The notes beneath the pieces were generated by a model that was given only the letters and a program-made list of their open reading frames with translations, made no database searches and was not told the origin of the DNA. Source: a virus (taxonomy: Duplodnaviria; Caudoviricetes). Taken from it: a stretch of 25,935 bases of DNA. A program made the position numbers and the translations under genes. Each line of letters starts with the position of its first letter. The stretch's first letter is position 1. Location: positions 1 to 25,935 of IMG/VR virus record IMGVR_UViG_3300017747_005628. One strand, written 5' to 3'. Of the stretch, positions 8,450-14,783 are shown piece after piece.

Positions 8450-9034
8450 ATGAGAATTACCGGCGACGATGCAAAAGAGTTATTAAATCTATATGTTAAT
8501 TTAAATGAAAGTAGTGTAGCTAATATGGGTAGCGGTACCCCTGCTGCAGTTACGGTGCCTGCTCCAGGTGACGCAGCTTCCGGTGGTTCTGGTAAATTAA
8601 AAGGACCAGCTCCTGGCCATCAATCAACTATAGGCGGACCTGGCTCTGAAGCTAATGAAGAAGAATGTTGTGAAGATGAGCAGACAAGCATGTCTAAGAA
8701 CCAACTTTTAGTTATTGCAGATAGAGCTTTAGAATTGTATATGATGTTAGATAATGGTGGTAAGATGGAAGCTTGGGCAGCTGCAAAAATTACTTTGGGT
8801 GCAGATTATGTTGAGACTGTTGCAGACTATATGAAGTATTCTGATAAATCTTCAGAAGAATGCGGTAGTCAAGTATCAGCTGTACCTGTAGAAATAGAAA
8901 TGGAAAATATGATTGGCGAAGCTAAAGCAACCAAACAGCGTTTAGATAAAAGTTGCTGGAAAGGTTATCGCAAAGCTGGTACGAAAGTTAAGGGTGGTAT
9001 AAGGGTTAATAATTGCGTACCCACAAAAAAGTAA
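8450..9034 (+). CDS. Hypothetical late (probably head-associated) protein
   Basis: 194 aa; MEAWAAAKITLGADYVETVADY and CWKGYRKAGTKVKGGIRVNNCVP modules, which I recognise from T4-like phage proteins. Confidence 0.75.
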   Translation: MRITGDDAKELLNLYVNLNESSVANMGSGTPAAVTVPAPGDAASGGSGKLKGPAPGHQSTIGGPGSEANEEECCEDEQTSMSKNQLLVIADRALELYMMLDNGGKMEAWAAAKITLGADYVETVADYMKYSDKSSEECGSQVSAVPVEIEMENMIGEAKATKQRLDKSCWKGYRKAGTKVKGGIRVNNCVPTKK

Positions 9035-9044
9035 CGCTAGGTAG

Positions 9045-9072
9045 TTGATTGCACAGTTTACCTGTATAATAT
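9045..9072 (+). promoter_or_regulatory. sigma70-type promoter with overlapping inverted repeat
   Basis: TTGATT(9045)-N16-TAATAT(9067)-N7-ATG(9080); TATAAT also at 9065; TACCTGT/ACAGGTA inverted repeat 9059-9080. Confidence 0.6.
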
Positions 9073-9079
9073 AACAGGT

Positions 9080-9280
9080 ATGAACGATAATATTACATCA
9101 TTACAGACAAACTTCACTGAGTTTCAAGAGAATATCACGAAGTTTATGGAAAAGGATAATGCATCTGCAGCCGCTCGTGCCCGTAAGTCCCTTCTTGAGA
9201 TCGGTAAGCTTACCCGTACATTGCGCAAGCAAATTCAAGAACGTAAGAAGGAATTAAAGGCTCAACCAAAAGCTGCTTAA
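9080..9280 (+). CDS. Histone H1-like protein, Hc1 family (short form)
   Basis: KDNASAAARARKSLLEIGKLTRTLRK matches the Hc1 N-terminal signature (GNKAA..R.RK..LE..K....RK). Confidence 0.75.
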   Translation: MNDNITSLQTNFTEFQENITKFMEKDNASAAARARKSLLEIGKLTRTLRKQIQERKKELKAQPKAA

Positions 9281-9290
9281 TATTATTCAA

Positions 9291-9296
9291 TAAATA
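9291..9296 (+). promoter_or_regulatory. Late promoter (leaderless geometry)
   Basis: aaTAAATA-N5-GTG(9302). Confidence 0.7.
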
Positions 9297-9301
9297 ATTG
9301 A

Positions 9302-9712
9302 GTGATTCCATTCAAGTTATTTTTTGAAAACGCATTAGGTTTAATAGAGACTGTTACGTTTAAAGAATTAGGCCCCGTTGACGCTAAAGTTGATAGCGGT
9401 AACGGGGCTTATAATGTTCTCCATGGTGTAGATATAGACGAATATGGAGATAGTGTTAATTTTAAAACAATTGGTGGTAAAGGTATTACCAAAAAACTAC
9501 AAGAGTATATTGATATTAATATCGGGTCTGGTAATGTTGAAAAAAGACCTGTAGTTTTATTTGATATTTCTATTGGGGGAAAGCCCTATCCGAATACTCC
9601 TTTTAGTATTGCAGATAGGGCTGATAATGAACAAAAAGTCTTGATAGGTAAAGACTTTATTGAGAAGTTAGGTGGTATAATTGACGTTACAAAAACTAAT
9701 AATATTAGCTAA
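9302..9712 (+). CDS. Retropepsin-like protease ('ATP-dependent zinc protease'/RimK-associated family)
   Basis: AKVDSGN (D[ST]G), RPVV, FSIADR...VLIGKDFI. Confidence 0.8.
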   Translation: MIPFKLFFENALGLIETVTFKELGPVDAKVDSGNGAYNVLHGVDIDEYGDSVNFKTIGGKGITKKLQEYIDINIGSGNVEKRPVVLFDISIGGKPYPNTPFSIADRADNEQKVLIGKDFIEKLGGIIDVTKTNNIS

Positions 9713-9872
9713 CACCTGTTCTACGATAACGTTCACGGCGTAGCATATTATATTTACGGTTAAATCCCTTACGTCTGCAAAAGTTAATTGCATTGTTAAG
9801 GTGTTCATTAACCATTTTTGTTACATCCATCTTTGTACCATCACTTCTTACATATACTTCGTATTTTTTCAT
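9705..9872 (-). CDS. Small basic hypothetical protein (55 aa, not in ORF track)
   Basis: MKKYEVYVRSDGTKMDVTKMVNEHLNNAINFCRRKGFNRKYNMLRRERYRRTGVS*; starts 2 nt after the folE stop and fills the gap exactly. Confidence 0.7.
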   Translation of the reverse strand: MKKYEVYVRSDGTKMDVTKMVNEHLNNAINFCRRKGFNRKYNMLRRERYRRTGVS

Positions 9873-9874
9873 AT

Positions 9875-10531
9875 TTACTTTCTAGCCCAGTGAGTAATAA
9901 ACTGATAAAATTCAGCTCTTACAGCTGCATCAGCTAGAAAATCACCGGAAAGTTTTGAGGTGTTCATTTCACAACCATCGTGACGAACACCTCTGTTGCA
10001 AGCACACGTGTGAGTTGCGCTTACCATTACTGCTACACCCAAATTCTTCTCACAAACATCAGAAATAGCTTTATGAATTTGCATTGTAAGTCCTTCCTGA
10101 ATTTGAGGGCGGCGAGCATAAAATTCAACAATACGATTAAGCTTAGACAAACCAATAACTCTACCTTCCAAACTTGGAATATAAGCTACATGAGCCACTC
10201 CAGTAAAAGCTAGATGGTGATGACTGCAAAGAGACTTTACAGGTATACCACCTTGAAACACCATACCATCATAACCGTCAGCTGGAAACGAAGTAATCTT
10301 CGGCGGTTCATCATAACATCCCGAAGCAATATCGTTAACATATGCTTTAGCAACTCTGCGAGGCGTGCCTTCGCTATTAGGATCATTACGCCAATCAATA
10401 CAAAGAGCGTCAAGAAAAGCTTCATACGCAATAGTTGCATTTTCTATGATCTGCTTTTTCTCTTCAGCTGTTCTAGGTAGATTACTATTTGCTGTAGGAA
10501 TAGTTGGATGTTTCACACGTTCACATTTCAT
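9875..10531 (-). CDS. folE: GTP cyclohydrolase I
   Basis: TPRRVAK, SLCSHHHLAF, GLSKLNR, ARRPQIQE, HTCACNRG with Zn ligands C/H/C. Confidence 0.95.
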   Translation of the reverse strand: MKCERVKHPTIPTANSNLPRTAEEKKQIIENATIAYEAFLDALCIDWRNDPNSEGTPRRVAKAYVNDIASGCYDEPPKITSFPADGYDGMVFQGGIPVKSLCSHHHLAFTGVAHVAYIPSLEGRVIGLSKLNRIVEFYARRPQIQEGLTMQIHKAISDVCEKNLGVAVMVSATHTCACNRGVRHDGCEMNTSKLSGDFLADAAVRAEFYQFITHWARK

Positions 10532-10538
10532 TAGGATT

Positions 10539-10565
10539 ATTATAACGATAGTTCCGTAAAATCAA
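10539..10565 (-). promoter_or_regulatory. sigma70-type promoter of folE
   Basis: Minus strand TTGATT(10565-10560)-N15-TATAAT(10544-10539)-N7-ATG(10531). Confidence 0.55.
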
Positions 10566-10571
10566 TAAATA
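10566..10571 (+). promoter_or_regulatory. Late promoter (leaderless geometry)
   Basis: aaTAAATA-N5-ATG(10577). Confidence 0.7.
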
Positions 10572-10576
10572 ATAAT

Positions 10577-11656
10577 ATGAAACTTGACGGTCTTTTTGAA
10601 AATGAGTTTGAAAAGCTCAAAAAAGTTCGCCTTAAAACTGACCCCAAGAAGCCGTTATTAGATTATGAAGGTTATATTCTTAAAGAAGCTCCAGCACCGC
10701 ATAAAGACCCTGGCACGACTTTAAGATCAAAAACCGGGGGATTTTTATCTAAAGTAGGTCAAGCTTATCAGGATTTAGGAGCAGCATCAGAAAAATTTAA
10801 AAGATTTGGTCAAGGTGATTTAGGTGTACTAAAAGATGTTGGTATTGGAATGCTTGAAAAGCAATTAGACTTAGACACAAACAAAGTAAGTGTTTTTGGT
10901 AAAAAAGGTTACGAGTTAGTAGAATATACAATGGATGTAGGTGAGTTTGTTCCAACAGAAGGTGTTGATAAAGCCTTAGATAGTTTGATTGGTATTTACG
11001 AAGCTCGTCCTAGCGCAGCTCCAGTAGGTCAGTCACGCCCAGGTACCGGTCCAACGGGTAACAGACAGACCTGGAGTGGTTTAAAACCTGGTCAAGAAAT
11101 TAAAAGACGCGATACTCCAAGAACACCTAAATTTGGTAAAATACAAGACGTGCCAGAGTATGGACCTTGGCATAGACTAAATTGGTTAGTTAGAGATGAA
11201 AAAACTGGTAGATTTAGAAAAATTGATCCAAAAGACGTTCCACCTCAGTTTAAACCGGATCCAGTAGGTCCGCAACCTCAACCAGAACTCCCATCAGCTA
11301 AAAGAGTTAAGCTGTTATTAAAAGTTATAAAGAAAGATAGTATGACAAAAGCTGGTATCCCATACGTTTTAATACCTGCTAACGATGAGACCAAAAATAA
11401 AATGAAAGCTATGAACTTATCATATGCTAAATTTATTAAGCATATATCTACGCAATCGCAAGTAGAAAATGCTAACATTTTAGATAACTCAGGTAAAATA
11501 CATTTTTATAATTTAAGTAATCAGTACGTTCCAGAATATTCAGAATCTGTTAATTATGTTTATAAATCCCCATATTATAGAATGGGTGCTCATAGTCCGA
11601 GAGAGTTGACTATTATGTTCGATCCTACTACAGGTGCTTCAACAGCAAAACCTTAA
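10577..11656 (+). CDS. Hypothetical late protein
   Basis: 359 aa; late box; YEGYILKE, Pro/Gly-rich linkers, RDEKTGRF; no family recognised. Confidence 0.8.
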   Translation: MKLDGLFENEFEKLKKVRLKTDPKKPLLDYEGYILKEAPAPHKDPGTTLRSKTGGFLSKVGQAYQDLGAASEKFKRFGQGDLGVLKDVGIGMLEKQLDLDTNKVSVFGKKGYELVEYTMDVGEFVPTEGVDKALDSLIGIYEARPSAAPVGQSRPGTGPTGNRQTWSGLKPGQEIKRRDTPRTPKFGKIQDVPEYGPWHRLNWLVRDEKTGRFRKIDPKDVPPQFKPDPVGPQPQPELPSAKRVKLLLKVIKKDSMTKAGIPYVLIPANDETKNKMKAMNLSYAKFIKHISTQSQVENANILDNSGKIHFYNLSNQYVPEYSESVNYVYKSPYYRMGAHSPRELTIMFDPTTGASTAKP

Positions 11657-11672
11657 TAGGAACTTTCATATA

Positions 11673-11690
11673 ATATTATTATAATAATAT
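11673..11690. repeat. 18-bp perfect A/T-only palindrome
   Basis: ATATTATTATAATAATAT in the longest intergenic gap, just upstream of the queD promoter. Confidence 0.6.
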
Positions 11691-11697
11691 ATACAGG

Positions 11698-11725
11698 TTG
11701 AAAATGTCTTCAAACCTGCTATAAT
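11698..11725 (+). promoter_or_regulatory. sigma70-type promoter of queD (extended -10)
   Basis: TTGAAA(11698)-N16-TATAAT(11720), preceded by TGc, then N6-ATG(11732). Confidence 0.75.
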
Positions 11726-11731
11726 TGACAT

Positions 11732-12412
11732 ATGGTACAAACATCGATCTATAAATTCAGTTCTACAAAGGTTATCCCTCTAGGCTCTTGTGCGTTTAGG
11801 CAGCCTTTTGCTCAGAGTCATTGCAGATTTATTCATGGGTATAGACTTCAAGCTAAGTTTTGGTTTGGGTGCAGCCAGTTAGATGAAAATAACTGGGTTG
11901 TAGATTTTGGCGGGCTTAAGAAGCTTAAAGAAGTTCTTGAAACTACATTTGATCATACCACAGTTGTGTGGGCTAAAGATCCTGAACTGCCTCTTTTTAA
12001 GATGTTAGACGAAAAAAAGGTAATTGATTTGAGAATCTTTGCTGACGGTGTTGGTATTGAAAAGTTTGCAGAGTTTTGTTTAAAGCAAGCAAATGAAATT
12101 GTAAAGAAAGATACAAATGGCCGTTGCAATTGTTACAAGGTTGAAGTTTGGGAGCATGAAAACAATAGCGCAGTGTATGAAGAAACACCTGGGTTTACTA
12201 CTACCACTACATCGTATGTAATTGAGGAAGATAAACTTGTACCATCAACTCCGCTAATTGCGCCGTCTCCATCACCTGAACCACCGCCAGCTCCTTCCCC
12301 TGTAGCAACAAAGCTTAATTCCCCTCCTTTACACAATCAAAAAGCCTACAATACATTTAAGGATCCTTTTGCAGGTACTTCTTGGGGTAATAATGCAAAA
12401 AGAACTAAATAG
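11732..12412 (+). CDS. queD: 6-carboxytetrahydropterin synthase (QueD/PTPS family) with Thr/Pro-rich C-terminal extension
   Basis: CAFRQ...SHCRFIHGY, VVDFGGLK, FDHT, EKFAE, VEVWEHENN; clustered with folE and queE. Confidence 0.9.
   Translation: MVQTSIYKFSSTKVIPLGSCAFRQPFAQSHCRFIHGYRLQAKFWFGCSQLDENNWVVDFGGLKKLKEVLETTFDHTTVVWAKDPELPLFKMLDEKKVIDLRIFADGVGIEKFAEFCLKQANEIVKKDTNGRCNCYKVEVWEHENNSAVYEETPGFTTTTTSYVIEEDKLVPSTPLIAPSPSPEPPPAPSPVATKLNSPPLHNQKAYNTFKDPFAGTSWGNNAKRTK
12406..12411 (+). promoter_or_regulatory. Probable late promoter
   Basis: acTAAATA-N6-ATG(12418), overlapping the queD stop. Confidence 0.5.
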
Positions 12413-12417
12413 ATAAA

Positions 12418-12696
12418 ATGAAGTTGAGGGATATGTACGGTGGTTATATTTCGGGTAAAGGCCCGGTTTTAAATGTACATATCCCCAACGACATAATGTG
12501 CGTTAAGGAAAGAGATCCTAAATCTATTGCGTTGGAGAAAGCAGTTAGCTCAAAAATGAATGAAGCAATAGAAAACGCACTACCGAAGCAGGAGAAAAAG
12601 ATACCACAACCTTCGAACAAAATTCGAATTGTTAGTTATGAGGAAGCTGTAAAAGAGTTAACTAATACTCTTAAGCCTTCCAACAATGTAACGTAA
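12418..12696 (+). CDS. Hypothetical protein
   Basis: 92 aa; TAAATA box upstream; 3' end overlaps the phoH 3' end by 39 nt. Confidence 0.65.
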   Translation: MKLRDMYGGYISGKGPVLNVHIPNDIMCVKERDPKSIALEKAVSSKMNEAIENALPKQEKKIPQPSNKIRIVSYEEAVKELTNTLKPSNNVT

Positions 12697-13416
12697 GATT
12701 TCACTTCTTACAATTTCATTTTCGGTAAACTTAAATGTGTGTATACCTTTTTGAATACAATCTTCGTGGGTAAACGCAGCTAAAATTTTATTAAAACCGC
12801 TCATTTTACCAATATCAGCCTGCAATGAGTCCCCTGCTATTACGTACTTACTGTTATGGCCGAACCTTGTTAGGATTGTAGTTAGTTCAGAAAGCGTTAA
12901 GTTTTGAGCTTCATCAACAATAACAAAACTATTACGGAATGTAAGACCTCTTAAGAAATTAACAGGTATACACTTAATAACGTTAGTACTGATTAGATTC
13001 TTTATTACCGCGGGAGAAACAAGTTCTTCTAACTTATCGTTTAAAGGCATAGCCCAAGGAGCAAATTTCTCTTCAATTTCACCTGGTAAAGAGCCTATAC
13101 TTTTGTTAGCACTTTCAACCACACTTCTAATATAAACAATATTATCTATTTGTCGTTTTGAAACTAGTTTTAAAGCAGCTAGTACGGCAAGATATGTTTT
13201 TGCAGAACCAGCCGGTCCGTCGACCATTGCTATGTGAGAATTTTCTTTCTGTATTACATCCAAAAATTGATTTTGAATGTCATTAAACGTATATTTGTTT
13301 GTGACATCAAAATCATACTCCCATTTCTTGGTTTTAAGAGATTTTTCTAAATCTTCAATTTCCTTATACTTTGCACCGTCATTTTTCTTTCCTTTACGGA
13401 ATTTTTTATTTGACAT
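12658..13416 (-). CDS. phoH: PhoH-like ATPase
   Basis: GPAGSAKTYLA, IGSLPG, FLRGLTF, IVDEAQN, GDSLQAD, EIVRS. Confidence 0.93.
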   Translation of the reverse strand: MSNKKFRKGKKNDGAKYKEIEDLEKSLKTKKWEYDFDVTNKYTFNDIQNQFLDVIQKENSHIAMVDGPAGSAKTYLAVLAALKLVSKRQIDNIVYIRSVVESANKSIGSLPGEIEEKFAPWAMPLNDKLEELVSPAVIKNLISTNVIKCIPVNFLRGLTFRNSFVIVDEAQNLTLSELTTILTRFGHNSKYVIAGDSLQADIGKMSGFNKILAAFTHEDCIQKGIHTFKFTENEIVRSEILRYIVGRLKSIS

Positions 13417-13437
13417 TGAAAATATTTATACTATAAT
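13410..13437 (+). promoter_or_regulatory. Consensus sigma70 promoter of queE
   Basis: TTGACA(13410)-N16-TATAAT(13432)-N5-ATG(13443). Confidence 0.8.
13423..13430 (-). promoter_or_regulatory. Late promoter of phoH
   Basis: Minus strand TATAAATA-N6-ATG(13416), located inside the spacer of the queE promoter. Confidence 0.7.
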
Positions 13438-13442
13438 AGGGT

Positions 13443-14237
13443 ATGGACAAGACTTTATTTTTATCTGACGACTTTGTTTTCTATACTTTAGAAGGAGAAG
13501 GCGAATACATCGGCTATCCATCTGTTTTTATGAGACTGTCGATGTGTAATCTCACCTGCATCGGGTTTAAGAGTGATGATGCTCCCTTTGGTTGTGATAG
13601 CTACGTTAGTTGGTCTAAAAAGAATAAGATGACTTTTGAAGAGATTGCTCAATACTTTGAAAAGCACGGTTACCATGAAAAGCTTAAACAAGGAGCTATT
13701 CTTAAACTTACAGGCGGCGAACCTTTTATTCAGCAAAAAAATCTTTTCGAGTTTGTTAACTTTATTCATGAACGTTGGGGATTTAGTAACTACGATCAGG
13801 TTATGACTTATGAGAAGTCTAAACAGCCAGATTTATATATTGACTTTGAAACGAATGGCACTTTAATGCCTGATCCAAAGTGGTTTGATAGTGGTAAATG
13901 GACATGTACGTTCACTACATCTCCGAAACTTTCTAATAACGGTGATCCAGAAGATAAACGTTTCAAAGTAGATGTATTAAAGTATCTTGTAGAAGTAGGA
14001 GCTTGTTTCAAGTTTGTTGCAAAGAAAGAATCTGACTTAGAGGAAGTCTTTGCTAAGTTTATTAACAACCCTGAAATTAATTTACCGCGTGAAAGAATTT
14101 GGATCATGCCAATGTGTGGTAGTCGTAAAGAGCTTGTCGAGGTTGCTCCTGAAGTAGCTGAAATTTGTAAAAAGCATGGTTTCAAATTCTCAAATCGTAT
14201 GCATTTACAGGTGTGGGATAAAGCATTAAAGGTATAA
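13443..14237 (+). CDS. queE: 7-carboxy-7-deazaguanine synthase (radical SAM)
   Basis: FYTLEGEG...PSVFMRLSMCNLTC...CDS, LTGGEP, FETNGT, TSPKL, FKFV, IMP, RMHLQVW. Confidence 0.92.
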   Translation: MDKTLFLSDDFVFYTLEGEGEYIGYPSVFMRLSMCNLTCIGFKSDDAPFGCDSYVSWSKKNKMTFEEIAQYFEKHGYHEKLKQGAILKLTGGEPFIQQKNLFEFVNFIHERWGFSNYDQVMTYEKSKQPDLYIDFETNGTLMPDPKWFDSGKWTCTFTTSPKLSNNGDPEDKRFKVDVLKYLVEVGACFKFVAKKESDLEEVFAKFINNPEINLPRERIWIMPMCGSRKELVEVAPEVAEICKKHGFKFSNRMHLQVWDKALKV

Positions 14238-14238
14238 T

Positions 14239-14406
14239 ATGAATAATAATAGCGGTATAGATCCAATGAAACATTTTAAGTTTAGCATGATTAAAAGCAT
14301 GTTTAGACTTGGAGCAGGTATTTCATTAGTTTTTTATCTCTTCGTATTGGCTGGTTTACTATTTATAATTGCTGAGATTTTTGGAATTATAGAAGAGATG
14401 GTGTAA
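14239..14406 (+). CDS. Small membrane protein (55 aa, not in ORF track)
   Basis: MNNNSGIDPMKHFKFSMIKSMFRLGAGISLVFYLFVLAGLLFIIAEIFGIIEEMV*; starts 1 nt after the queE stop. Confidence 0.75.
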   Translation: MNNNSGIDPMKHFKFSMIKSMFRLGAGISLVFYLFVLAGLLFIIAEIFGIIEEMV

Positions 14407-14412
14407 TAAATA
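14407..14412 (+). promoter_or_regulatory. Late promoter (leaderless geometry)
   Basis: aaTAAATA-N5-ATG(14418). Confidence 0.7.
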
Positions 14413-14417
14413 ACTAT

Positions 14418-14783
14418 ATGAAGTTATCTCCGTTACTATCGTTTTTAGATCAACTTAAAGTACTACACTGGCAAACGTTCTCTTACTCTGAACATAAAGC
14501 TTTAGGTAAAGCTTATGATAGTTTAAGCGATCTTACAGATCGATTTGTTGAAACATACTACGGTAAATACGGTAAAGAGTTAAGTTTAACAACTTATAAC
14601 TTTAGTGTGGATAGTTACTCTGAAGGATTAGATGTTAAAAAGCTCGTTTCGACTAGAAAACGTGAATTAATAAGTTATCTAAGAAACGAGCTTTTAACAC
14701 CAGCAGACGGGGATCTAAAAAATATAGTTGACGAAATCGAAGGACAGATTAACCATTTACAGTATCTTTTGGAGCTGAAGTAG
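14418..14783 (+). CDS. Ferritin/Dps-like four-helix protein (DUF5856-like)
   Basis: LHWQT..YSEHKALG..YD....D.FVE and DLKNIVDEI...YLL resemble the Dps HW...H...D..E ferroxidase pattern. Confidence 0.75.
   Translation: MKLSPLLSFLDQLKVLHWQTFSYSEHKALGKAYDSLSDLTDRFVETYYGKYGKELSLTTYNFSVDSYSEGLDVKKLVSTRKRELISYLRNELLTPADGDLKNIVDEIEGQINHLQYLLELK

Noticed and set aside
11657-11731. preQ1 riboswitch upstream of queD (or queE/folE)
   Set aside because: The -10 boxes are 5-7 nt from the start codons, leaving no 5' UTR, and no preQ1 aptamer pattern is visible.
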